Below are positions 50,713-61,103 of a stretch of 64,000 nucleotides of DNA, in pieces. Origin of the DNA: Promethearchaeota archaeon (GTDB lineage Archaea; Asgardarchaeota; Lokiarchaeia; Sigyniarchaeales; SOKP01). Under the pieces are notes generated by a model. The model ran no database searches and was not told the origin of the DNA. It saw nothing but the letters and a program-made list of their open reading frames with translations. The stretch's first letter is position 1; each line of letters starts with the position of its first letter. The DNA lies in contig JALGVJ010000001.1 in NCBI GenBank assembly GCA_029838195.1, positions 96,001-160,000 of the forward strand. The letters are read 5' to 3'. Both the position numbers and the translations under genes were made by a program.

Positions 50713-52059
50713 TTAAGGGAACATCTCCATGAAGGCATTTAATCTTGTTTCTAATTGTTCAATGCCTTCACCAATTTTATTAAAATTTATTACGGTCGAT
50801 GGAATTTCTAACGTATTTCTAACCTTTTGTCTAAGCATGTTATAACAATTCGAAATGGAATGGCATCCAAATAATTGATTAAATATTAAACCATCAACAT
50901 TCAATTTTTTCGCAATGCGCACGTAGGAATCCGTCAAGGTATCATTATCACAGCCAATTCCATTTGTTGAGGCATTTAATAAATATTTTGCATATTCTTC
51001 GACCGGATTACTATTTTTTGAAACATTTATTTCATCCAAGAGGCCTAAAATCTCCCAATCAGCGTATATTGTCCTTCCCCCTAATTTATATAGAATTTCC
51101 TGCGTTTTGGGATCCCATCCACCGAATACGGGGGTGACTAATATCCGAGGCATTTTTGATACATCCATTCCGATATTTTTTTTAATTCTTTCCCGCATCT
51201 CATTTACTAATTGACTAACGTTTTCAAGATAAACCTGAGCATTGGAATTAAAATCTTGAAAAGTTATTCCCATTAAAGCTAGAATCTCAGCGAAAGTTGC
51301 GGGATTACATGGATAAAAATCTGAATTACTAATTTCGTACAAAATCGTTTTATAATATCTCTTAACTTGATTTCCTATTCGAAATTGCTTATTCAAGCTA
51401 TTGTCCGTAATGATATTGCCAGTGAGCTCTTCTAATTCAGAAATCGCCTTAGAAATATTCTCCGTAAAAATTTCTAAGGTCTCATTTTGATTTCCAACAA
51501 TGCGTGGCGGAATATCAATCCATATTTGTTTGGGAACTAAGTTTTTTAACGTTTCCAAGTATTTATTAAAGGCACTACAACGAATTGCCACGTTAAAATT
51601 AGCATCGACGTTTTTCCCTTTAGATACATGCATTCCAAATAAAGATTTTATTCCATAACAGAAATCGGTTGAGATCCCACTTTCAATGCCCAAATCATAT
51701 AAAGCATTATATTTTTCATTTAAGGTGTTTATCACGTCATCCAATATAGAATCAATGAGTTTTAAAAAATCAAATTGCCTTGCATAACCAAGAAGCTTGG
51801 TTGTTATATCCCACCCAAAGAGATTTTTTGCAGAATCTAAAGCTATTAAATATTTATTTATCTTAAATTTCTCCATTCTAATTGGAAAAACAGGGACTGC
51901 TCCGGCTGCAAATATTAAATCCGAAAAAGGAAGTGCAACGGAAACTAATTTCTTTCTCTCTCTAAATTTTTTTCTCTTCAAATATTCCCGCCCAAAAAAA
52001 TCATGGGCTAGTTTTAAAACGGATGTGAAATTCACTACATCATCTGCAAATACGCTCAT
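50713..52059 (-). CDS. 2-hydroxyacyl-CoA dehydratase / benzoyl-CoA reductase family subunit
   Basis: DFCYGIK, IRCS, DIPP, VDGLI..FGCHS, TRLNAFMEM. Confidence 0.85.
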   Translation of the reverse strand: MSVFADDVVNFTSVLKLAHDFFGREYLKRKKFRERKKLVSVALPFSDLIFAAGAVPVFPIRMEKFKINKYLIALDSAKNLFGWDITTKLLGYARQFDFLKLIDSILDDVINTLNEKYNALYDLGIESGISTDFCYGIKSLFGMHVSKGKNVDANFNVAIRCSAFNKYLETLKNLVPKQIWIDIPPRIVGNQNETLEIFTENISKAISELEELTGNIITDNSLNKQFRIGNQVKRYYKTILYEISNSDFYPCNPATFAEILALMGITFQDFNSNAQVYLENVSQLVNEMRERIKKNIGMDVSKMPRILVTPVFGGWDPKTQEILYKLGGRTIYADWEILGLLDEINVSKNSNPVEEYAKYLLNASTNGIGCDNDTLTDSYVRIAKKLNVDGLIFNQLFGCHSISNCYNMLRQKVRNTLEIPSTVINFNKIGEGIEQLETRLNAFMEMFP

Positions 52060-52061
52060 GA

Positions 52062-53198
52062 TTAACTCATCTCTAAAAAAGCTTCAATTCTAGTAGATAA
52101 TTGACCCTTATTACTGCCTGAATAATCTCTTTCAATGTTTAATACCTTAATCCCCTTTTCTTGTAATTTTTCTTTAAGAAAATTTTGAAAAATGCTAATA
52201 TGATCACAAAACTTAAGGACGTGATTAATTACGATGGGTTCTCTTCCCGTCTTTTTAAAGTGCATTGCGTGTAGTTGTTCAATCCGGGCTATTCGATTTT
52301 CTAAAAAATTAGGAACTTGATGGTCATTACAGGTGTTTTTTTTAAATCGTTCAATTAATAAATCAAACGGATTACTGCTTGAATTTAATTCTTGTTCTTC
52401 GAATATCTGTGAAAAATATTGTTCCCCAATCCACGTGTCAAAATGGATGATATGTCCTCCACTATTGTTAATTAAATTGATTAAATCATCACCAATAAAA
52501 AGTGCACAACCCGTTAAAATTATATCTTTTTTATTTTCTTGAGGCTTGTTTTCAGTATTTTTAGAAGATTCGAGTAGCGTATCTAATTCTGAAGAAATTT
52601 CCGGACCATATAATAAGGCTTTCTGAAAAATTTTTAATTTTTGTTTATCATCATGGAGGACTTTATTAAGTTTTGAAAGCTTGATTTTAAACTCATTATA
52701 AATTTTTATACTTTCAAATAACTCCGTATTGGATATTACTCCTCCTTTTATTTCTTCCAATTGTTTTTTGAAATCTGTTAATGCTAAATTAAAATATTTT
52801 TGGGAATATTCTGAAGCAGTATATGAGATATAAAAATTTAAACGGGGGATATTGAAAAATTTTGTTATGATTTCGGAAGTACAAATATCCGAAACACAAT
52901 GATTTGAAACTACAAAATAATCAATTAGTTTTAAAAATCTATAACGACTTAATTCTAATTTAAATAATCCAATACACGTTTGAGCAAAACAACACGTTGA
53001 GGGGGGCAAATATTCATGACTAATATTCATCAGATCATCATTTCCCGCAAATATCAGCCGCATGGGAATAAAACCGCCCGCATGAATTAATTCTTCGGGC
53101 ATGTTATCATGTGCTATGAACGCAATGATTTTTTTTCCTTCGCTTTTTTTTTGTTCCAAGTAGCCGGCGTAGTCCGTGAGTAATTCTATGTCTTCCAT
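52062..53198 (-). CDS. 2-hydroxyacyl-CoA dehydratase family subunit
   Basis: PEELIHAGG.IP, STCCF, LKFCD, IERDY, GQLSTRIEAFLEM. Confidence 0.88.
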   Translation of the reverse strand: MEDIELLTDYAGYLEQKKSEGKKIIAFIAHDNMPEELIHAGGFIPMRLIFAGNDDLMNISHEYLPPSTCCFAQTCIGLFKLELSRYRFLKLIDYFVVSNHCVSDICTSEIITKFFNIPRLNFYISYTASEYSQKYFNLALTDFKKQLEEIKGGVISNTELFESIKIYNEFKIKLSKLNKVLHDDKQKLKIFQKALLYGPEISSELDTLLESSKNTENKPQENKKDIILTGCALFIGDDLINLINNSGGHIIHFDTWIGEQYFSQIFEEQELNSSSNPFDLLIERFKKNTCNDHQVPNFLENRIARIEQLHAMHFKKTGREPIVINHVLKFCDHISIFQNFLKEKLQEKGIKVLNIERDYSGSNKGQLSTRIEAFLEMS

Positions 53199-53373
53199 TT
53201 TTATATGAGGAAATTATTTTTTTTTTTAAAAGTTATGCCCCTCTTTATATTATGTAAATTAGTAAATTCAAGATGAGTTATTTTTCGCTTTATTAATTTT
53301 TTATAATAATAATAGATATTATTTAGAGGAAATAAGATATCTTGTTAATAAATTACGAATATTCATTTTATTA

Positions 53374-54171
53374 TTATTGCGTGTTTTTTTGAGCGATCAG
53401 TGCCGCTCCAATAGCTCCCGTGAACTGAGGTAGCTCCGGAACCACAATTTCAAATCCTAACTCCCTTTCTAAATATTTCTTTACCGCCACGTTCTTAGCA
53501 ACGCCGCCCGTGAAGACCAACTTAGGTTCGACTCCGATTCTTTTTGCCATTGCAGCTACACGACGGGCGATAGATTTATGAATGCCTGCTGCAATATTTT
53601 GCTTTGATTCCCCCCGGGCAAACAAACTAATTACTTCACTTTCGGCAAATACCGTGCAAGTAGAACTGATAGAGGAAGGATTGTTAGAACGTAGAGCTAA
53701 TGAACCTATATCCTCGATGAGGACATCTAGCGCATGAGCCATGACTTCCAAGAAGCGTCCTGTTCCCGCAGCGCATTTATCATTCATTTGGAAATCAATA
53801 ACGTTTCCCGTTTTTTGAGATATTAAAATGGCTTTTGAATCTTGCCCTCCAATATCTATGACAGAACGCACGTCAGGGAAAAAATATTGAGCTCCTCTAG
53901 CATGCGCCGTTATTTCCGTAATTCTATCATTTGCAATATCAATAGTATTTCTTCCATAGCCGGTTGACATGATATATACTTCAGATTTATTTATATTGTT
54001 CTTTTGGAGGATTTCTTCGAATAATTTCTTTCCTACTTTTTTGAAATCGTATGTAGATCGCTCAGCTTTATAATCCAATAATTTTCCATCACTAAATAAA
54101 ACGATTTTCGTAGCTAAAGACCCTATATCTAGTCCGATTGTATATGGTTTCAATTTAATCAATTTTTCCAC
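53374..54171 (-). CDS. Acyl-CoA dehydratase activase (HgdC/BadG family, ASKHA ATPase)
   Basis: GLDIGS, TGYGR, DIGGQDSK, NDKCAAGTGRFLE, STCTVFAESE, TGGVAKN. Confidence 0.95.
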   Translation of the reverse strand: MEKLIKLKPYTIGLDIGSLATKIVLFSDGKLLDYKAERSTYDFKKVGKKLFEEILQKNNINKSEVYIMSTGYGRNTIDIANDRITEITAHARGAQYFFPDVRSVIDIGGQDSKAILISQKTGNVIDFQMNDKCAAGTGRFLEVMAHALDVLIEDIGSLALRSNNPSSISSTCTVFAESEVISLFARGESKQNIAAGIHKSIARRVAAMAKRIGVEPKLVFTGGVAKNVAVKKYLERELGFEIVVPELPQFTGAIGAALIAQKNTQ

Positions 54172-54258
54172 TATTTTTTTGATATAAAAAGGTGCAAATT
54201 GTAAAAATCTTATGATTTTTTTATAAAAATATCATTCTGAAACTTTCTTCAGCCGTTC

Positions 54259-54936
54259 TTATCCTAAGAGGAGGATTGAAATTAAGATCGTGAATAAAAA
54301 AGCCCCGATCATCTGAAGGGTGGTTTTTAAGATAGAAGTTTCCGAAATTTTTCCCAGAAATACACCAAGCAATATAATGCAACTAATAATAATAAAAAAA
54401 GAGCAAAGGAAGGTCATGAATGTAGCTTCCGAGATAAAAAAAAATGGAGTTAAAGGAATCAAACCTCCTAAAAAAGGTGCTCCTCCATTTATTAATGCGA
54501 CTATTTTTCCGGCAAACGATTCTGCCCTTTCATGGAGTGTTTTTATCTCTCTATTTTTTAGTTCATTCTTAGGGAGTTTAATTCGCTTTTTGCCTCTTTG
54601 TTCTTTAGGAGTTAGCATGGCTTTTTCTACTTCTTCTTGATAATTGATTGGTGGAGTAGATTTATTTTTATTGTTCGATTCATGTTTTCCCATCGCTTTT
54701 TTTAATTCAATATGAATTTTTTTTTGCTCTGCTCTCTCAGAAAGGTAAGATCCTGAAAATCCTGAGATGAACATGGAAATGCTGGTGCCTAACCCGGTAT
54801 AAATTATTAGGCTACTATCGATAAAAGGTTCTCCCGCTTTTAGAATGATTACAAAAAATCCTAACAAGATTCCTAAAATTGTTAACATGCCGTCATAAAA
54901 GTTGTTCACGAAATACCTACGAGAAATTGGCCACAA
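54259..54936 (-). CDS. VIT1/CCC1 family membrane transporter
   Basis: RRYFVNNFYDG, SG..GSYLSERAE, GGLIPLTPF. The true start is possibly ATA 54984. Confidence 0.8.
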   Translation of the reverse strand: MWPISRRYFVNNFYDGMLTILGILLGFFVIILKAGEPFIDSSLIIYTGLGTSISMFISGFSGSYLSERAEQKKIHIELKKAMGKHESNNKNKSTPPINYQEEVEKAMLTPKEQRGKKRIKLPKNELKNREIKTLHERAESFAGKIVALINGGAPFLGGLIPLTPFFFISEATFMTFLCSFFIIISCIILLGVFLGKISETSILKTTLQMIGAFLFTILISILLLG

Positions 54937-55350
54937 GTCAGAAATTCTAGCATAAATAGAGAAATTTTTAATTAGATTTTTTATTTTTTTTCTCCTCTAA
55001 TTGATAATTGGTGTTATACTATTCCCTAAATGGTGAATAAAAGTAGAAAAGCCCATTTTAATATTTTCGTTTTTAAAATACACTATTAATATTGATCATT
55101 AGATATTATTTCAATATAAAAAATATTTTTAGAAATTAAATAAATTCCCTTCTTCATGAAACTTTTCTTGAAAGAGATTCTCTATTTAATTGAACGGAAT
55201 TCATCAAATCAAGGTTTGTCGATCACTTTTTTCAGATTCAAACCTATTTTTTAATTTTTAAACCATGAGAAATTTCTTGAAGGGATTTTTAAAGTTCTTG
55301 AAGTATTTAAATTCGATTGTAAATCATTAAACGTTAAATTTCAAGAGAAT

Positions 55351-56076
55351 TTGTTTTCTTCTCTTAAACCTATATTTTTATTTCCGCGTTCATATATATA
55401 TTTTAACCTATTAAAAATTATGGATGAAGTGCACATGAGCCAAAAAGTAAAAGATCAAATTCTCACGATGTTAATCGAGCATTCAAGAATCATATATTCC
55501 GTTATAAGTGATATGGGTGTATATTACTCCGCTTGGGCGGAGGGAAATGAATCTAACGCGAAAAACATGGAAAAAAAGAAAAATAAGTTATATTTATCGG
55601 AAGAAGATGCCGATGTTATTAAAATTAAACTCATACAAGAGTTTTCTGAAGCTGGACCCCAAGGACTTGGAAATTATATTGCTTTAATATTACGAATGGA
55701 TAATACAATCAATTATCCTTTAGAATTCATTAATATTTTGAATAAAATTCCCGTTTCGGACGAAGTGAATGATGAAATAAAAAAGCAATATAGGAATTTA
55801 ATTAACAATATTCTCGAGATGGCCGATGTCTTGAGAACAACTATTAAAGCGTTACGGGATAATAGAGCCGAGGTCTTTAAAAATACCACGAAAATCCATG
55901 AAATTGAAAATACGGTGGATGGTATTTTTAGAGAGTTTTTAGATTATCTTTATGATAAAAAAGATTTAGACATTCGGCTACTGTTAAGAATACGAGATAG
56001 CATAAAGATTTTAGAAGATTTGGCAGATAATATTCATGACATAGCGGATTTTATCAGAATTTTGATTTATCAATAA
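55351..56076 (+). CDS. DUF47/PhoU-like phosphate transport regulator
   Basis: Two repeats of E..AD / E..VD plus LEDLADNIHDIAD. The start is likely 55420 or 55435. Confidence 0.8.
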   Translation: MFSSLKPIFLFPRSYIYFNLLKIMDEVHMSQKVKDQILTMLIEHSRIIYSVISDMGVYYSAWAEGNESNAKNMEKKKNKLYLSEEDADVIKIKLIQEFSEAGPQGLGNYIALILRMDNTINYPLEFINILNKIPVSDEVNDEIKKQYRNLINNILEMADVLRTTIKALRDNRAEVFKNTTKIHEIENTVDGIFREFLDYLYDKKDLDIRLLLRIRDSIKILEDLADNIHDIADFIRILIYQ

Positions 56077-56148
56077 TTTATCGTTCATGGCTTATATCTC
56101 TCACTATTCAAGCTTCTCCTTGCTCGTTTTATTAATAGATACCAAACC

Positions 56149-56757
56149 TTATGGTTTAAACCATTCAAAAAAGTAATAACTTTTTGTGTGAGGATTAGCA
56201 ATGACGAATTTCTTGCGGACCGATGTAGCCAAGCGACCAGCTCGTACTACATCAATTGCAGAGATTTTTGTTTGACTTCTATGAACGTGAACAATAAAAT
56301 GGGAATGTTCCAAACCAGGCCCTTTCTTGTACACCACAAAATCAGCTCCGAATTTCAATCCTGGTCGAGGCACGTATCCTTTTTTTCTTAAATCTTCGTA
56401 AATCATGTATTTTTCCTCAAATTTATCGTGAATCTTCTTGGCAATTTCGTAAAACTCTTCAGGAGTTAACTCTCTTTTTTGTTTTTCATCAAAAATGGAA
56501 ATTTCTCCTCTTTTTAATAAATAATATGCCTCTATTAAAGACAGCTCACTCGGTCTATTAAAAAACTCTAAGCGTGGTTTATTTATTCCAATAGGGCTTC
56601 CAAAAAAATTCATTTTCACGTAAAGAAAAGAAGCGTGAAGGGGATTAAATACCACTACCCTTCCATTAATCAATTTTGTAGGAATCTTCTCGGGTAAATC
56701 CTCCCTCTTAATATCATCTAAATTAATCTGTGAACTATCTTTTTCTTCCCTACTCAT
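56149..56757 (-). CDS. endA: tRNA-intron endonuclease, catalytic alpha subunit
   Basis: LSLIEAYYL, GLKFGADFVVY (Tyr), GPGLEHS (His), RLATSVRK (Lys). Confidence 0.95.
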   Translation of the reverse strand: MSREEKDSSQINLDDIKREDLPEKIPTKLINGRVVVFNPLHASFLYVKMNFFGSPIGINKPRLEFFNRPSELSLIEAYYLLKRGEISIFDEKQKRELTPEEFYEIAKKIHDKFEEKYMIYEDLRKKGYVPRPGLKFGADFVVYKKGPGLEHSHFIVHVHRSQTKISAIDVVRAGRLATSVRKKFVIANPHTKSYYFFEWFKP

Positions 56758-57103
56758 TGCTTAAAAAATATTTTCGAAATGTAAAATATTTTTTCAATTT
56801 TAAGAATCCAAGAAATAAAAGCAAAAAGCATAAAGGATTATATTGGTTAAATTGAGAATCATCGGGCCTAAATTTTTTAAATAAAAGTACTCATGATAAC
56901 GTCTTTTAATTGGGCTTATATAAATACCAAGCTCGTTTTCCGGAGATTTGGGCTGAATTTATTCGATATTAGCAATAAAATTTCATTGATACTAAAATGG
57001 AAATAAAAATATTTATTAATGCTGAAAAGAAAGTCAGAGAAAATTATTTATTGTAAAAAATTTATATTTTTATAAATAATAAATTGAATATATAAATATT
57101 AAA

Positions 57104-57985
57104 ATGATTAGACAGCCCGCCGTAGCAGGCCAGTTTTATCCCTATTCGAAATCGTCTCTATTGGAGTCATTAGAAAGCTGTTTTTTGGATAAAACTTATG
57201 GTCCAGAAAAACTACCTGCCTCTCAAGATTTAAATCAAAGAACGATAATAGGAGGAATATCTCCTCATGCGGGATACATGTATTCGGGAAGCGCAGCAGC
57301 CCATACATATTTTAATCTATTCAAGGAAAAAATTCCCGATACCGTTATTATTTTTGGAACCGATCATGTGGGATATGGTAGAATTGCGTTAATGAAAGAA
57401 GGTGCTTGGGAAACCCCTTTAGGAAAGATTAATATAGATACCGATGTAAGTAATGCTATTTTAAAGCAAAGTAGTGTCATCTTAGATGACTCTTCGGCAT
57501 TTTTAAGAAGTCCTTTTTCCCATGAACATAACATTGAAGTTCAATTACCTTTCATTCAATATTGTGCGGGAAATAAAGAGGTTCAATTTATTCCCATTAA
57601 AGTTTCTACGCATGATTTCAACAAATTAGAACAGATGGCTAAAGGTATAGCCGAAGCAGTAAAAAATCTAGACAAAGATATTGTTTTTGTAGCTTCCTCC
57701 GACATGACTCATAAAGAAATAAGAAATTCAGGACCAGATTTAGAGAAATTTAAACAATTGGATAAAGCTGTAATGGATGCTTTTCTCGAATTAGATCCTG
57801 AAAAAACGTTTAAAATGGCAAGAAAGACAACTGTTTGCGGGGCTCAAACCATTACTTCTCTAATATTGACTACTAAATTACTTGGTGGTACTAAGGCGGA
57901 GGTGTTAAAATATTATACGAGTCATGATAAGACCGGTTCTCTTGGATATTGTGTCGGCTATTTTTCAGGAATCATTTTGAAATGA
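57104..57985 (+). CDS. MEMO1 / AmmeMemoRadiSam system protein B
   Basis: RQPAVAGQFYP, PHAGYMYSG, EHNIEVQLPF, SSDMTH, CG, VGY. Confidence 0.93.
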   Translation: MIRQPAVAGQFYPYSKSSLLESLESCFLDKTYGPEKLPASQDLNQRTIIGGISPHAGYMYSGSAAAHTYFNLFKEKIPDTVIIFGTDHVGYGRIALMKEGAWETPLGKINIDTDVSNAILKQSSVILDDSSAFLRSPFSHEHNIEVQLPFIQYCAGNKEVQFIPIKVSTHDFNKLEQMAKGIAEAVKNLDKDIVFVASSDMTHKEIRNSGPDLEKFKQLDKAVMDAFLELDPEKTFKMARKTTVCGAQTITSLILTTKLLGGTKAEVLKYYTSHDKTGSLGYCVGYFSGIILK

Positions 57986-58017
57986 ATTAATAATGAATAT
58001 TTAGAGGTTTATTTAAA

Positions 58018-58677
58018 ATGCCTGTTGAAAATGATGAAAACATGGATTTCATGACAGAATGGAAAAGAAAAAAAGAACAACAGCAAAATGCATTCAAGGC
58101 ACCCACGAAAAAAGGAGGAGATTCAAACGATAACACATTAGATGATGAGAAAGATTTCATGACCTTCTTTAAAAGTAAAAAAGAAAGAGAAAATAAAGGT
58201 TCTGCTATAGGAGAATTAATAAATAGGGTAAAAGAAGCAGAAGCTAAACAAAAATCACTTGAAATTCAAAATAAAGAATTAAAGAAAAAATTGGAATCAA
58301 ATCTTCAATTCATGGAAAAGGCAGAAAAACTCATTCAAACAGCAACCAGTGCAGAAGAACGATTAAGAAACGAACTTGAAACATTTAAAAAAGAAAATGA
58401 AGGGCTTAAAAAAGAATTAGGCCAAAAAACTGCGATATTGAACGAATTTGAGGATAAAATAAAAGATATAGAAATCAAGATTAAAATGTATTCCACGAAA
58501 ATCAATGAATTAACAGCAGAAAATAATGCTTTAAAGCAAATGATGGTAAAACAAGGTAAAGAAATTACTAGTAGTGAAGATGGAACTCTTGTAATTCAAT
58601 TAAAAAATGAAATTAAGGAGCTTAAAAGAATTATCGAAGAAAAAGATAAAATAATCGGAGAATTGATGAACATTTAA
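58018..58677 (+). CDS. Hypothetical coiled-coil protein
   Basis: 219 aa; duplicated N-terminal motif followed by continuous heptads. Confidence 0.75.
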   Translation: MPVENDENMDFMTEWKRKKEQQQNAFKAPTKKGGDSNDNTLDDEKDFMTFFKSKKERENKGSAIGELINRVKEAEAKQKSLEIQNKELKKKLESNLQFMEKAEKLIQTATSAEERLRNELETFKKENEGLKKELGQKTAILNEFEDKIKDIEIKIKMYSTKINELTAENNALKQMMVKQGKEITSSEDGTLVIQLKNEIKELKRIIEEKDKIIGELMNI

Positions 58678-58832
58678 AACTTTTACTATAGAAGTTAAAC
58701 GGAATAAAATATTTAACCAATAAAGATTTTTTCAAGATATAAATTGGAATCTTTTTATCATCTAATCTAACTTACTTCCCTTTCTTTAGACGATATATTT
58801 AACTCCGAATTACAAATAATGGAGAAAGTAAA

Positions 58833-59819
58833 ATGAGTCATAATGAAAAAAGGAAATTAAAAATTTTTTTCGCCGGTCATTTTGCGGTGGATACTGTTAT
58901 CCGATATAATCAAGAATTTTCACCTTCGCTTGGAGGGAGCGTGGCCTATTGTTCTTTATCCTTACAAAAATATGCGAATGATGTTGATATCGCAATCATT
59001 TCAAACCTAGGAATGGTAAATTTTGATGATAAATTATTAGAAGAATTTGGCAATGGTTCTGGAATAGATATATCGGGAATAAAAAAATTCCAAAAAAGAA
59101 ACACGAATTTCGTATTGGATTACACGAATCATTCCCGTAGCTTGACTCTACGATCAAAAAGTCCTAATCTTAAATTTAAAGACATACCAAAATCTCATAT
59201 CGAGCATCCTCCCGATGCTTTAGTATTTGTTCCTTTATGTAATGAAATTTCTCTTCAATATATTCGGAAAGCCATTCGAGCTTTTCCCAATGCTTATTTT
59301 GGAGTCGATTTACAAGGTTTTATACGCTCCTTTGATACTAAAGGAAAAGTGCAATTAATACGGGAAAAACGCTTATTAAAAAAAATGGATAGAATTATTC
59401 GATTAATCGGAGAAAGATTAATTCTAAAAGGCTCCGAAGAAGAAATGAAATTTCTCACGGGATTAAAGGATTTAAATGAAATCATGAATTACTTCCGAAA
59501 ATATAAAGGATTATTTATCATGACACTGGGAGAAAAAGGCTCTTTAATTGTAAAAGGAAATAATGACGTCATAAAAATTCCCGCTTTCAAGGCAGACAAG
59601 GTAGAAGATGAAACGGGCGCAGGAGATGTGTATTTTGCAATTTTTCTATACGAATTTCTAAACTCAGATAAATCCTGGGAAGCCATAAAAAAAGCAGGCA
59701 TGCTAGCCTCTGTAGCAGCCTCTTTTGAAGTAGAAAGGAAAGGCCCTCGCGGATTCAAGCCCAGAGAACTGGTTTTAGAGCGATTAAAGCAAAATGTAAT
59801 TATAGAAGACTCGAGTTGA
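58833..59819 (+). CDS. PfkB family carbohydrate kinase
   Basis: LGGSVAY, MTLGEKGS, DETGAGDVY. Confidence 0.92.
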   Translation: MSHNEKRKLKIFFAGHFAVDTVIRYNQEFSPSLGGSVAYCSLSLQKYANDVDIAIISNLGMVNFDDKLLEEFGNGSGIDISGIKKFQKRNTNFVLDYTNHSRSLTLRSKSPNLKFKDIPKSHIEHPPDALVFVPLCNEISLQYIRKAIRAFPNAYFGVDLQGFIRSFDTKGKVQLIREKRLLKKMDRIIRLIGERLILKGSEEEMKFLTGLKDLNEIMNYFRKYKGLFIMTLGEKGSLIVKGNNDVIKIPAFKADKVEDETGAGDVYFAIFLYEFLNSDKSWEAIKKAGMLASVAASFEVERKGPRGFKPRELVLERLKQNVIIEDSS

Positions 59820-59825
59820 TTTACC

Positions 59826-60425
59826 ATTCACATCAACACGCACCTTGCCGTTGGAATCATCATTGCTTCAATATTTCTTAATTTTTTTAAGCTCACGTTT
59901 TTTGAATTCCTTCTTATAGTACTATCTTCTTTTATATTAGATCTTGATGTATTTTTCTCTAAACTTGCCGAAAATCACAATCATCGCATGCTCATCACTC
60001 ACTCTATTATTCCAAGCCTGATTGTTTCTCTACTCGGAATTATATTTCTTTATCCCGCTTTAATTTTAGCAGGCTTTTGCTTATTTTTGCATGTATTTAT
60101 TGATACTTTTGATTGGGGAACAAATTTTTTCTTTTTCCCTAAAAAAATATGGGGTCTAAAATTTTTAATTTCTAAAGAAGAATTTTTAAATTTTAAACGA
60201 TTAATAGCGCAATATAATCATCCCGCAGCATTTTTTGATTTTAAATATTATGCCAATAAGACTTGTCTGGCAATAGAAATAATCATTTTTATTGGCATGG
60301 TATTCTCTTTATTTCTTTTTGCTCGACAATATCTTTATTTCATTTTATTCTATTTTCTTTTTCTCCTATTTCATCTCTATCGTCATTACAAGCTCAAAAA
60401 CTTACAGGAAAGGAAAACCAAATAA
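59826..60425 (+). CDS. Membrane-bound metal-dependent hydrolase (YdjM/LexA-regulated type), probable non-canonical start
   Basis: The frame is open from 59820 and reads (I)HINTHLAVG..DLD..HNHR..THS..HVFIDTFD. The first ATG (59988) lies after half of these motifs. Confidence 0.75.
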   Translation: MHINTHLAVGIIIASIFLNFFKLTFFEFLLIVLSSFILDLDVFFSKLAENHNHRMLITHSIIPSLIVSLLGIIFLYPALILAGFCLFLHVFIDTFDWGTNFFFFPKKIWGLKFLISKEEFLNFKRLIAQYNHPAAFFDFKYYANKTCLAIEIIIFIGMVFSLFLFARQYLYFILFYFLFLLFHLYRHYKLKNLQERKTK

Positions 60426-60720
60426 ATCGAGACAATTAAAAAAACATCAAAATAAAAACTAATAAAAAAAAAATTTGGTAATTATTTTCCATATTGGATG
60501 AATAATGCCTCCAAAAATGCACAAATTATTAAATAAATTAAATTTGAAATAAAACAAGGATTCTGGAATTATTTAAACTATAAAAATACTATTTAAACAA
60601 GCTCGATTCCAATTCAATTTATAAAATTGATGAAATAATATTCATGCTCAACACCGCCTCTGGCAAATCTTCAAGGAAATTAAAAAAAATTATGGGATTA
60701 AATTAAATAAAAAAAATGAA

Positions 60721-60993
60721 TTATACTTCTTCTTCCTCCTCCTCTCCTCCCTCTTCCTCCCAATCTTCATCATCTACTCTCGGAACAATGAAAAACATGA
60801 GTTGGCAAGTTCCGAGTTTCTTGAACTCCATAATGACCTTGAGCGGATGCTCTTCCTTTATGTGAAAAGCTATTTCCTCCTTTTTGTCCAAGGGAAGCAA
60901 AAGCTTATCCAAAAGCAAGAGATACTCCTTGCTAAAAAAACATTGACATTGAATTCTTTTCGGGGTGATGAGGGTTGGTTGGACATTGATATT
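60721..60993 (-). pseudogene. C-terminal remnant of a PCNA/sliding-clamp-like gene
   Basis: CFFSKEYL..EEIAFHIKEEHPLKVIMEF..LG...LMFFIVPRV plus an acidic tail; in-frame stop at 60994-60996 and no N-terminal two-thirds. Confidence 0.65.
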
Positions 60994-61103
60994 TTAACAT
61001 TTTTTTATATATTTTTATGTAAGGAAGGAATAAAAAATTTTGGGAGAGAAACAATTTTTTCTTTATTACAAATATTATTAGAGGGTATTTTTAAGTTTAT
61101 AAT

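Noticed and set aside
59817-59819. Selenocysteine at the pfkB TGA
   Set aside because: The TGA falls after a complete PfkB domain at a non-Cys position, and I see no convincing SECIS-like hairpin nearby.
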